A stretch of DNA of 52,719 nt, from assembly GCA_008369845.1 (NCBI GenBank), contig MRSU01005835.1, positions 1-52,719 of the forward strand, written 5' to 3'. Within the stretch, counting starts at the first letter, position 1, and every line of letters begins with the position of its first letter. Position numbers and translations under genes: made by a program. Under the pieces are notes generated by a model. That model had not been told where the DNA came from. It did no database searches and was given only the letters and a program-made list of their open reading frames with translations. Shown piece by piece: positions 21,201 to 29,218 of this stretch. This DNA comes from Trichomonas gallinae (lineage: Eukaryota).

Positions 21201-22568
21201 TTGAGTTTAAGTGATCGCATTACTAACATTGGCACTCGAGCGTTCTATTACTGCACAAATCTTATCGGCACATTAACTCTTCCTTCTAAAATTGAAGAAA
21301 TCGGATATTCTGCATTCGAAGGCTGCAAGAATTTCAACGGATTTCTCGAAATGAGTCACTGCACCATGCTAAGCGAAATAAGCAAAAGAGCTTTCCAAGG
21401 CTGTTCAAGTTTTAGAGGCAACTTGTTATTGCCTGATTCTCTCAGAACGATTGGTGAACATGCTTTTAATGGTTGTCACTTCACAGGCAGCCTCGAGATC
21501 CCTAATGCTGTTTTAATCATCAGCGATAAAGCCTTCTTCGAGTGCTCTTCATTCACAGGCAACCTGATCATCGGTAGTTCAGTGTTTGTTATAGGTGAAT
21601 ATGCTTTTTGGGGCTGCACTGGATTCGACGGCAACATTGAATTTAGAAATAACTGGACAGAATATTCTTCTGTGATTAGAAAATATGCTTTCTATGGATG
21701 CACTAGACTTTCAGGTAGATTAATATTGCCTAAGAATCTCAACATTATCGAGAGTTTCGCTTTCTACAACTGCCGGTCATTTTCAGGTAGATTGGTTTTA
21801 CCTGAGAATCTCAGTTACATTGGAGAAAGCGCTTTTGCACTTTGCACATCTTTAGATGACTTCCTTTATATACCGAAGAACACTACATATATTGGGCCAA
21901 ACGCTTTCTTCAAGTGCACTGGATTGGAGAGAATCTACTTCAAATCTAAAAACGTTGCTGTCGGCGACAAAGCTTTCGGCAATCTTCAAATCAAATGTCT
22001 CCAAAACGTACCAAAGAACTGCTCAGGCACCCTAGGATCATCGAGGTGCTATGATTCGAACAGCTTCGACAAACTCGCGAAAGGAATTGGCGAGAACTGC
22101 ACATTTTGGCTGACAGTGAAAGTCATTCTCTGGATTGTTTCTGTTGTCGGCTCTTCAACAGTCATTTTGATAGGATCGCTGATATTCAAGAGCATCATCA
22201 GCAAAAGAATCGACAGAAGATCAAGGCTGACGAAGAGGTTCGAAGAATTGATTGAAGTTTCGTTCGTGAAAGATGCTGACGGTTTAATTGATCACAATGA
22301 AACAGCTAAGAAAGTTGTAAGTAGGCTGAATGATTTTATAAGAACAGAAGCTTTAACAGAAGACTTCCAATTCTCAAAGAAGCAAACTTTCGATTTGGCA
22401 ATGAAATCAATAAAGAAGAAATGGCCAGGAGTCTCAAACACACCGATTGCTTACTGCAAGCATGAACTGTTCATAGATATCCAGTTTCCATCTATTTTAA
22501 AGTCGAAGAAGAAACATAGACCCGCTGATGTTTCCGAAGTATCAGAAATGTCAGTTTCACTAATATAA
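18258..22568 (+). CDS. BspA-like (TpLRR) type I membrane surface protein, ~1436 aa
   Basis: Dozens of IPDSxxxIGxxAFxxCxxL repeats, signal-like MILFVFFVEWSLS from ATG 18258, TM segment VILWIVSVVGSSTVILIGSLIF followed by basic residues and a cytosolic tail. Confidence 0.93.
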   Translation: MILFVFFVEWSLSFEYDHEGLVFDLDPDTKTASFISTSLEEAKIPESIEYNSISYKMERIDIQNTQNFTSIDIPKTILKIDKLSYCQNLKIVTIQDGITFLGESWFTSMTSSFNVDIPDSVEKIGNWCFENSGVRIVTYGPKLREIGKHAFINSNLISLTPRSENNIQIIEESCFAMCTSLSNVSILISKLTEIDDDVFENCSKIDKTINIPDSITKIGVAAFAYSSVEYITYGSALVSIGDFAFAGSDLVAFLPRENAQCNIVEVGDMCFHSCVSLSSIGNLIDNINSFGKYAFSQCPSLNISINLNDNVEHIPTGLFRKSGIISLTFSSNLKNISDYAFTDSSIELISPRSLCYIEYIGEYCFFNCTKLCDITKILTSLSIISTGTFQYCKSVSGKIVLPFSLLEIGERSFDHTGEIEIYFNANLKKIGFAAFANSGIKLFLKIYVNSLMELGEAVFANCTSLEVIDDEYMESMYYPRTFYGCKNLKRNFNILRDIPEEMFAKTGKMTVKLSSDVKVIGPRAFMDSEIINITCEFDTNLQKIEEYSFMNCRSLILFQSVILDTVTDIGEGAFCQCTSLRGIDLRGIVSIGKEAFMYSSLEFIQLPNTLEKIGSNAFSHCDKMFEMSFNCPKCDIDGFHNTSVTKIYFYAYKSIKDYAFANSYNLQEIIGLENGHEIGEYAFYKADLSKAMNFEFNEKFTLLGHTFASTSLNTINMTVRNPIKLPGSIFENCNKLKSVELHINQFELPDFLFKNLPIEKFIVYTIDGFTGSSLKIGKSCFDGVTTFSKFYADVCINITVYSLELDDYSFASTGSFINFYVCSSEITIGNYAFSKSSINNFVNSYKGTTTVVVNSYAFSRSQFSKFLNADSNDAPITKAATCSFYMCNNMRSLPLVKNLMDTYSIYSCEDLQDVVVNASMVRSSSIFLCPSITSILIGKNVDYIGKHFFDSCKSVSTISFEYGENELSINDEVFAYAQISKLSLSDRITNIGTRAFYYCTNLIGTLTLPSKIEEIGYSAFEGCKNFNGFLEMSHCTMLSEISKRAFQGCSSFRGNLLLPDSLRTIGEHAFNGCHFTGSLEIPNAVLIISDKAFFECSSFTGNLIIGSSVFVIGEYAFWGCTGFDGNIEFRNNWTEYSSVIRKYAFYGCTRLSGRLILPKNLNIIESFAFYNCRSFSGRLVLPENLSYIGESAFALCTSLDDFLYIPKNTTYIGPNAFFKCTGLERIYFKSKNVAVGDKAFGNLQIKCLQNVPKNCSGTLGSSRCYDSNSFDKLAKGIGENCTFWLTVKVILWIVSVVGSSTVILIGSLIFKSIISKRIDRRSRLTKRFEELIEVSFVKDADGLIDHNETAKKVVSRLNDFIRTEALTEDFQFSKKQTFDLAMKSIKKKWPGVSNTPIAYCKHELFIDIQFPSILKSKKKHRPADVSEVSEMSVSLI

Positions 22569-23057
22569 TATTTTGTAATAATGATCATTTTATAGCAAAC
22601 TTAGGGATTTTCTCGGAAATTTTATAGAAATATAATTCAGCATCTCTATACCCCAAGAAAGTATATAACATGTAGAGATGCAGTTCAGCATATTTGTTAT
22701 TAATTTTTTTCCGTAAACTTCATAATTACATATATTTGAGCAAAATTAGATTGTATTCAAACATATGATATAATAATAGTGTGAATTTGCACATTGCTGG
22801 CTTTGTTAACCTATATCAATGAAATTAATATATTATTAAGCAAAATGAAGTCGTGAACTCCCAAATTTATATGTTTTATAAAGAAATTTAAGATGATAAA
22901 ATAAGTTATGAATATGAATCAGTTATATATTGATACTTTAGTAGAAAAGTTATACAATATAATGAATAAACAAAACAAAAATCTAAAAATAAAAGTTAGA
23001 TTAATCTAATAAAAATATAAGAATAAACTATGTCAATAAAGACATGGTATTATCATA

Positions 23058-25085
23058 TTACATGAATGTGGATGATGTACCAAGCACATCCAGTGGAAAT
23101 CCTTTTTGTCCGAAATTCGAAATTCCGAAAGCAAAAGATGGACTTGTTGCCTGGTCCTTCTGTATTCTATCAAGTTCATCTTTCAAAGAAAGAGGAACAA
23201 AAGCTGATCTAGCAATCGCATGCTGATAAACTTTGTAATTCTTTTGAAGATCTTGTCTCACGCCTTCAATCATCGTGTCGAACTCCTCTCTGAACAACTC
23301 CTTGCCTATAACTCTAAACCTAAAGAATGTTGCTCCTTGATTTCCTTCAGAGTTCAAAAATTTGTCTTGTAAACTTAAATATTTGCCATGTAATGTTGCA
23401 TTTTTGCCGTATAAACCATTTTCTAGCATTTCTAGTCTTGCGTATTCGACGAAAATGTCCAAATACTTCGGCGTGAATGCATGAGCGAAATCCAGGAATA
23501 TGCGGGCATCCTTGAGATTGAAATAAGGGCTGACTGGGTTCAGACAAATTCTTGCGCCTTCCAACCATATTTCGCCACTTTTCGGCGCGCTGTGTATAGC
23601 ATTGATGAAAGCTTCAACTTGTTTTTCTGGCGATTCCAGCTGTATTCTAAGCGCAAGTAGTCGCGCATTATCTGGCATTGAGCTTAGAACGTGGTTGAGA
23701 TGGCGCAAGGCATCTGGAACGTGATTGTGACGTGATAAGAATAAGATATACTCTAAATGTGCGTGCCAATCTTCTGGGAAATTGTTTACGACTTCTTTAA
23801 ATATTCTGTTTGCTTCTGCTGTGGCATTCGGGAATCCTGACAGTTCCTGTATTTTAGCACGAAAGATATGAAAAGGTAACTGAGCTTTTTTCTGGCAAAA
23901 ATTCCGCCCTTTGGCCAAAAGCATCTGTACATACTTCATCTCGCTGAATAAGAATGATAAAACAGCAGCATTATAAAAAAGTCGAGATTTCTGATCTGCA
24001 GGCGCAGAAGCAATCGCTTGGGCCATAACTTTGTGCGCAAGTTGTGACTCATGATGATTCATTAGTATTGTAGCTAATATCGGAGCAAGTCTTGGTCTCG
24101 ACATTTGAGATGATTCGCAAGAATTCTCATAAAGCGCAAATGCGTCTGCAATGTTGTTCTGGAACTTGAGTGCAAACCCGCACAGCGCGAAAAGAGACGG
24201 AACTTCTTTGTATCCGGCTTCTGAAAATTTCAAAACCGCAGATCTCAGTCCTCTCCTTGAGCAGAGCTCTACTATTTCGTGGTATGTGTTTCCCTTCCAG
24301 TCCGCGTTCTTGCCGCATGTTTCGATGAGATAAAGGAACGCGTCTGATGGTCCGTGCCTAATTTCGAACAAAGCTCCTTCAAAAAGGGCCTGTGGGTTAT
24401 GCGCATAGGCAATTCCGAGCACTTTCCTTGCTCTCTTCAGTAGGTTGCGGCGTTCAAGCGATTTCAGCATCTTCGATAGAACTGTTGCATTATAATCGTT
24501 TTGTGATAGTGCTGTCATCAATATTTCATCTTCTTTCTCGAAATTTCCGAGATCATTGAGTAGTTTTGCGGCTTCGAGTGGAAAAGCTATGTTTGTTGGA
24601 TCAAATATCGCAGCTTGCGAAAAAATCTCGATTGCGTCTGTATATTTGGAAAATTTCTTGTTGACGTCGAAGGCTGAGCGCAGAATTTTATTTATTTCCG
24701 CTTTATCAGTAGTTTGTGCGATTAATGCTTTTAGAATATTATTCGCTCCTTCGGCATCGTCCGAACTCACAGCTGAAACGTATGTGTTAAAGTTTGGGAA
24801 TATCCCCGCATCTATGACGTCGTGCATCCAATCAGGCAAATACCGAAAGACATAATCGTCGCAAGTTTTCGCTGTTTTTGGAAGATTGAGATTTGAAGAT
24901 GCTGTGAATATGTTCGCATCTGACAGTGAACGGGGCGGAATTTGTACTGCTGGGACCCAAAATTTCGGTAAATTAGATGATAAATTAACGAATTCGGAGA
25001 CCGCTCGTTTCCTCATGGGAAGAGATTCGGATGGCAGGGCGTCATCGACAATATCACCCCAAGAGTCCTGCGAAAATCTTGACAC
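23058..25085 (-). CDS. TPR/HAT-repeat helical protein
   Basis: Repeats such as FPEDWHAHLEYILFL, MPDNARLLALRIQLE, APKSGEIWLEGARI, FTPKYLDIFVEYARLE. The start is uncertain: track GTG 25085, first ATG 25016. Confidence 0.8.
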   Translation of the reverse strand: MSRFSQDSWGDIVDDALPSESLPMRKRAVSEFVNLSSNLPKFWVPAVQIPPRSLSDANIFTASSNLNLPKTAKTCDDYVFRYLPDWMHDVIDAGIFPNFNTYVSAVSSDDAEGANNILKALIAQTTDKAEINKILRSAFDVNKKFSKYTDAIEIFSQAAIFDPTNIAFPLEAAKLLNDLGNFEKEDEILMTALSQNDYNATVLSKMLKSLERRNLLKRARKVLGIAYAHNPQALFEGALFEIRHGPSDAFLYLIETCGKNADWKGNTYHEIVELCSRRGLRSAVLKFSEAGYKEVPSLFALCGFALKFQNNIADAFALYENSCESSQMSRPRLAPILATILMNHHESQLAHKVMAQAIASAPADQKSRLFYNAAVLSFLFSEMKYVQMLLAKGRNFCQKKAQLPFHIFRAKIQELSGFPNATAEANRIFKEVVNNFPEDWHAHLEYILFLSRHNHVPDALRHLNHVLSSMPDNARLLALRIQLESPEKQVEAFINAIHSAPKSGEIWLEGARICLNPVSPYFNLKDARIFLDFAHAFTPKYLDIFVEYARLEMLENGLYGKNATLHGKYLSLQDKFLNSEGNQGATFFRFRVIGKELFREEFDTMIEGVRQDLQKNYKVYQHAIARSAFVPLSLKDELDRIQKDQATSPSFAFGISNFGQKGFPLDVLGTSSTFM

Positions 25086-25128
25086 TTTATCTAAAATTTC
25101 CTCAATTTTTTTATAATTTTACAAAATC

Positions 25129-25288
25129 ATTCAAATTTTTTAGTTCTAAAATATTAAACATAACAAATAAATAAATCTTTTCGTATTAATAACGATTTTT
25201 TTCAATTCAAATTTTATAGTTCGAAAATCTTATCTATAATATATTAACAAATCTTTTCATTATTTTAACGATTTTTTTCAATTCAAAA
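25129..25288. repeat. Imperfect 76-bp tandem duplication (2 copies plus a fragment)
   Basis: Units start attcaaatttt..tagttc.aaaat at 25129 and 25205. Both end aaatcttttc...taacgatttttttca. A third attcaaa starts at 25281. Confidence 0.8.
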
Positions 25289-25889
25289 ATAATCGACTTA
25301 AGGATTGATTTTCGATTATATTATGTATATTTTCAGATTTCGAAAAATAATATTTCAATAGTTTACAAATCGATATCGCGCTCTTATTCCAAAATAATAA
25401 GCAATAATGCATGAAAGCATAATATGTCGATTGAAAAAAAATTGATTTACATTTAAGGGTGCAATTACGCCCACTCGTAAACTTCAGAAATTTTTGACAC
25501 TCCTTTTTTGATGTAGTTTTGTTACATGAAAACTCAAAATTCATGAAAAAAATAAATTCCATCCAATAATGCTGAAACAACCCATTCAGATCGAAAATGA
25601 ATATCCGACACTGAACAAATTACTTCCCATGGGATTCCAATTTAAATCCCGACCGTTAAATCTATAATACGACTTATAATCTTGACTGTTGAGCTGTTAA
25701 CATATTTAGATACATACTACGGCTAATCGAGTCGATAATTCATATGGATTGCTGTTATTCCAAATCAAAATCAATGAAAAATGCTTTTTCATATAACTAA
25801 TAATACAAACATTTACAAACAATGCATGAGTAAATATATTTACATTAATAAAACAACGATTTTTTCTACATTTTAAGAACTCAATAATA

Positions 25890-26189
25890 TTACTTCATTT
25901 TTGAGATTTTTTCAGTCAATAGATGTAAATTCTCATAATTAAAATCTTTGAAGAGAGCATCATTGACCAACAGCGATATTGCTTCGCTTTCTCTACTGAT
26001 AATAAAATGAAAAAGATCATCAGTGCTGGTAATGATTGCACAGAGTCTATGAGTTTTTGAAGATATTCTTGAAAATACAAGATTCTTATTAGCTCTCAAA
26101 CTCAACGCGTGAGAAAAACTCAGTGATTCATTGCATTCGTTAAAATTTGGCACAAAATGCTGGGTATCGCCCATTGATTTGTAAGACAT
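25890..26189 (-). CDS. Possible small hypothetical protein or gene remnant (99 aa)
   Basis: ORF with higher GC than its flanks. The frame stays open 19 codons upstream of the ATG and then hits TGA stops. It overlaps a structured-RNA candidate on the other strand. Confidence 0.35.
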   Translation of the reverse strand: MSYKSMGDTQHFVPNFNECNESLSFSHALSLRANKNLVFSRISSKTHRLCAIITSTDDLFHFIISRESEAISLLVNDALFKDFNYENLHLLTEKISKMK

Positions 26190-26766
26190 CGAATCAGAAC
26201 GAATATAATATCCAAATTGAATCTCATTCCGAGAAAAATCACTGTGTCAGTTCTCAGTCTCAACGAGTGTAATGAATCAGTGATGTTCTTGCACTGTTCG
26301 AGAATGGGAGTCGGCCAAATTCGCATTCGTTAAGGTATTAAATTTTGATGCACCCCCTGATTAAAAATTTGACGTTTGTAAATTTACAATGTTACTTTTC
26401 AAAAATATCTGACAATTTGGCATTGTAAAATTTCCCTATTTGACAGCAAAATCTGGCGTGTCCATTATATACACCTTATTTGTTCTTAATTAGAATATTT
26501 TATAATTTATTACCACATCTATTGAATAAAAAATTCTAAGCAGACAGAGTTCCAGCCAATTTAGTGATGTGCCAATGCTTCATGTTGATTGTTTGTGGAT
26601 TAGGTGAAATATAATCTATCGTCTTCTTTTATATGCCTGATGAAAACTATGTACGTTAAACTATATATGCTTAAAGAAAACCATGTTTAAAATAATGAAA
26701 ATAGAAAATTATATAAAATGATGAAAATGAATACTTTATACAAAACTATATAAATACAAATATACA

Positions 26767-27180
26767 TTAGGTATCAAGGCACTTAGTAACTTCATTCTTG
26801 AATTTAGAGACTTTCTCGATATCCATTTTATCAAAGTCAGAATAGGGTTTAATTACAATAAAACTATCATCAGAGAGTTTGATTTTTAAATCATGTTGGT
26901 TCAGATAGTTATTTAAATCATTAAAGTTAATTTGAATCCAAAAGGAAATGAGTTTTCTCTTTCTATAATACTCTCTAGTAAATGGAATTAATTTCATATT
27001 GTCTTCTCTTTCGCCATCAATTATATTTTCTAGGTATAAACATAATGATTTGACCTCCTGATGATAGATTTTCTTGCCAAATAACTGCACCATCCATTTA
27101 TATGCCTCTGATTCTTTCTCTTTGAACTTTAATTCTTTTACAATTTCGTTTAGTCTCTTCTCAACAGCGACTTCACCCAT
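26767..27180 (-). CDS. Small basic helical protein resembling a parabasalid-expanded family of unknown function (137 aa)
   Basis: SEAYKWMVQLFGKKIYHQEVKSL...REYYRKRKLISFWIQINF pattern recalled from trichomonad hypothetical proteins. AAAATG start. Confidence 0.65.
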   Translation of the reverse strand: MGEVAVEKRLNEIVKELKFKEKESEAYKWMVQLFGKKIYHQEVKSLCLYLENIIDGEREDNMKLIPFTREYYRKRKLISFWIQINFNDLNNYLNQHDLKIKLSDDSFIVIKPYSDFDKMDIEKVSKFKNEVTKCLDT

Positions 27181-27576
27181 TTTATGTCAATTTTTGTTTC
27201 TCGAAAAATTTTGACTTGTCTAAATTCTATATAAACTGATTTTCAAAGTCGGGTCTGAAACGAAAGGTCACATAAAGGTACCAAAAAATGGGCTACCAGT
27301 TAGCACTTATCAATTATTGGTACTATCCGAATGAAATCCATTCATAAAACTTAGTATTCATGCAACTAATAATCGAAATTAATAATTTATACAGATTTTT
27401 TGCACAAAATTACCAAATAATTCATCTAAATGACACAGAACAATGCAATAATAATACCATATACAGTAGTTTTGAATATTTTCCGAAAATATTTTGCCTT
27501 ATGTCAAAAAAAAACCTTTGTCATGTAATTTGCCTTTTTTGACAAAATTTGCCTATTGTCAAAAAACAAAAAAAAA

Positions 27577-28476
27577 ATGACATCAGGACCTTTTCTCGCA
27601 TCAGCATCATATGATTTGATGATCTGTGTGAAAGACCTTTCTACTGACTTATCAGTTCCACCTGCTAAATTCCAAATACAACAAGCACAAGCAAATCGAA
27701 TGATTCCATATATTGATACGAAATTCCTTGTTGCAAGCAATCCATACATTTTCCTGTATGATAGAACTCTACGCACCCAAAAGCATGTGCAAATGTATCA
27801 AGGCCACCAATCCAATGTTACTGATCTTTGTTTTCACGGCAATTATTTATATGCTTGCAGCGAAGACAAGACCTGGCAAAAGTGGGAATTTGGAAAGCCA
27901 AAGGCATTAAAAGCTGTTTCTACTGGATGCTGCTTAAATACTTTAGCATTGATTGGAGACAAAACAGTTCTTTTAACAGGCAATGACTATGGTGTAATAG
28001 AAGCGTGGAATCCAAATACGACAGACAAAATAACAGCTGCGAAGATTGGATCAAGCCCGATTCGATCAATCGCGGAATGCGGCAAAAACGGGCCAATTGT
28101 TGCAGGTCTTCAAGATGGTCACGTTGTTTTATTTACATACAGCAATAGTGAAATCAAAATTACGAAAACTTTCGAAGCTCATCAAAATATTCTTACGCGT
28201 GTTGGGGCTTCTGCTGACGGCAAATTGTTTGCCACTGCATCAGCCGACTCAACAGCTATTGTTTGGAATGTAGAAACTTGCGATATTTATATGAAATTAG
28301 AAGATAAAGCGCAAACACAATGGATTTGGGATATTTGCTTCTCAAATGATGGTAAATACGTCGTTACAGGTGGTACAGATAAAACATGCCGCGTTTGGAG
28401 TTTACAAGAAAAGAAACTTGTTACTACAGTAGAATGGCAATCAAAAGGTGTCACTTGTCTCACATTGTTGCCATGA
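27577..28476 (+). CDS. LST8: TOR complex subunit LST8 (WD40)
   Basis: LASASYD start, QANRM..VASNPYIFLYD, YQGHQSNVT, SEDKT, FEAH..FATASADST, WIWDICFSNDGKYVVTG and KGVTCLTL follow the LST8 pattern end to end. Start moved to ATG 27577. Confidence 0.85.
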   Translation: MTSGPFLASASYDLMICVKDLSTDLSVPPAKFQIQQAQANRMIPYIDTKFLVASNPYIFLYDRTLRTQKHVQMYQGHQSNVTDLCFHGNYLYACSEDKTWQKWEFGKPKALKAVSTGCCLNTLALIGDKTVLLTGNDYGVIEAWNPNTTDKITAAKIGSSPIRSIAECGKNGPIVAGLQDGHVVLFTYSNSEIKITKTFEAHQNILTRVGASADGKLFATASADSTAIVWNVETCDIYMKLEDKAQTQWIWDICFSNDGKYVVTGGTDKTCRVWSLQEKKLVTTVEWQSKGVTCLTLLP

Positions 28477-29218
28477 TATACTGCTATTACTTTCCTCATG
28501 TTTATTACAAAATTATTTTTTTGAAAAATTTCATTAATTATTAATAACACAGATGATATGCACTTATACAAGGGAATTATGCGATGTTTTCGATGATGAG
28601 CAGGAAATACACATTTTAATCGAAAAATGAATTGAAAATAAAAACAGATAATGTTTATTGGCATTAAATAGCTAATCAAATAATTTGTATATTAGTTTCA
28701 AAATTCATCTTCTGATAATAACACTTTCATTCATAAGAATATGTTATATCATGTGCATTTCATGTTTTAACAAAGATAAATCTATGCAAATGATTTTTAC
28801 AATATAGTTTTTGTTTATAATCATCCAAAAAGTATTAGAACAAGGAAGTAATTCATATTTTATTTCAAATATTCTTTTGTAATAAAGAAAATAACATTCT
28901 TATCTTTGATATCTACTCCACTAAGACTCCTAATCAATGTTTTTTGATACTAAAAAGGTATTTATCATTGATATTTGAACATATATTTTGAATAAATGTG
29001 AAAATAAGTCATTGGATGGTAATATATGTATGTGCATCATTTTTATGTTATAAATCCTACTTTAATTTAGTTCATTTCTTGTTTTTCGAAAAAATGTCAA
29101 GTAAATTAAAACCTTGGAATTGAACCAAAATTTTCAAAATTTAACGAGAAATAGTATATAAAGAATCCAAATCAGCAATAAAAAACACTATGAAGCAAAA
29201 AAATTGACAAAACCGTCA

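Noticed and set aside
26280..26640. Two box C/D snoRNA-like spans (GTGATGT...CTGA at 26280-26360 and 26564-26640)
   Set aside because: Box C is imperfect, terminal stems are poor and I could not recognise any rRNA guide. A snoscan run against the species' rRNA would be needed.
29190..29207. Five-codon upstream ORF (MKQKN*) before the FKBP15-like gene
   Set aside because: Trichomonad 5' UTRs are very short and a TCAAT sits right at the main ATG, so the uORF is probably outside the transcript. A one-base homopolymer error would also merge it in frame.
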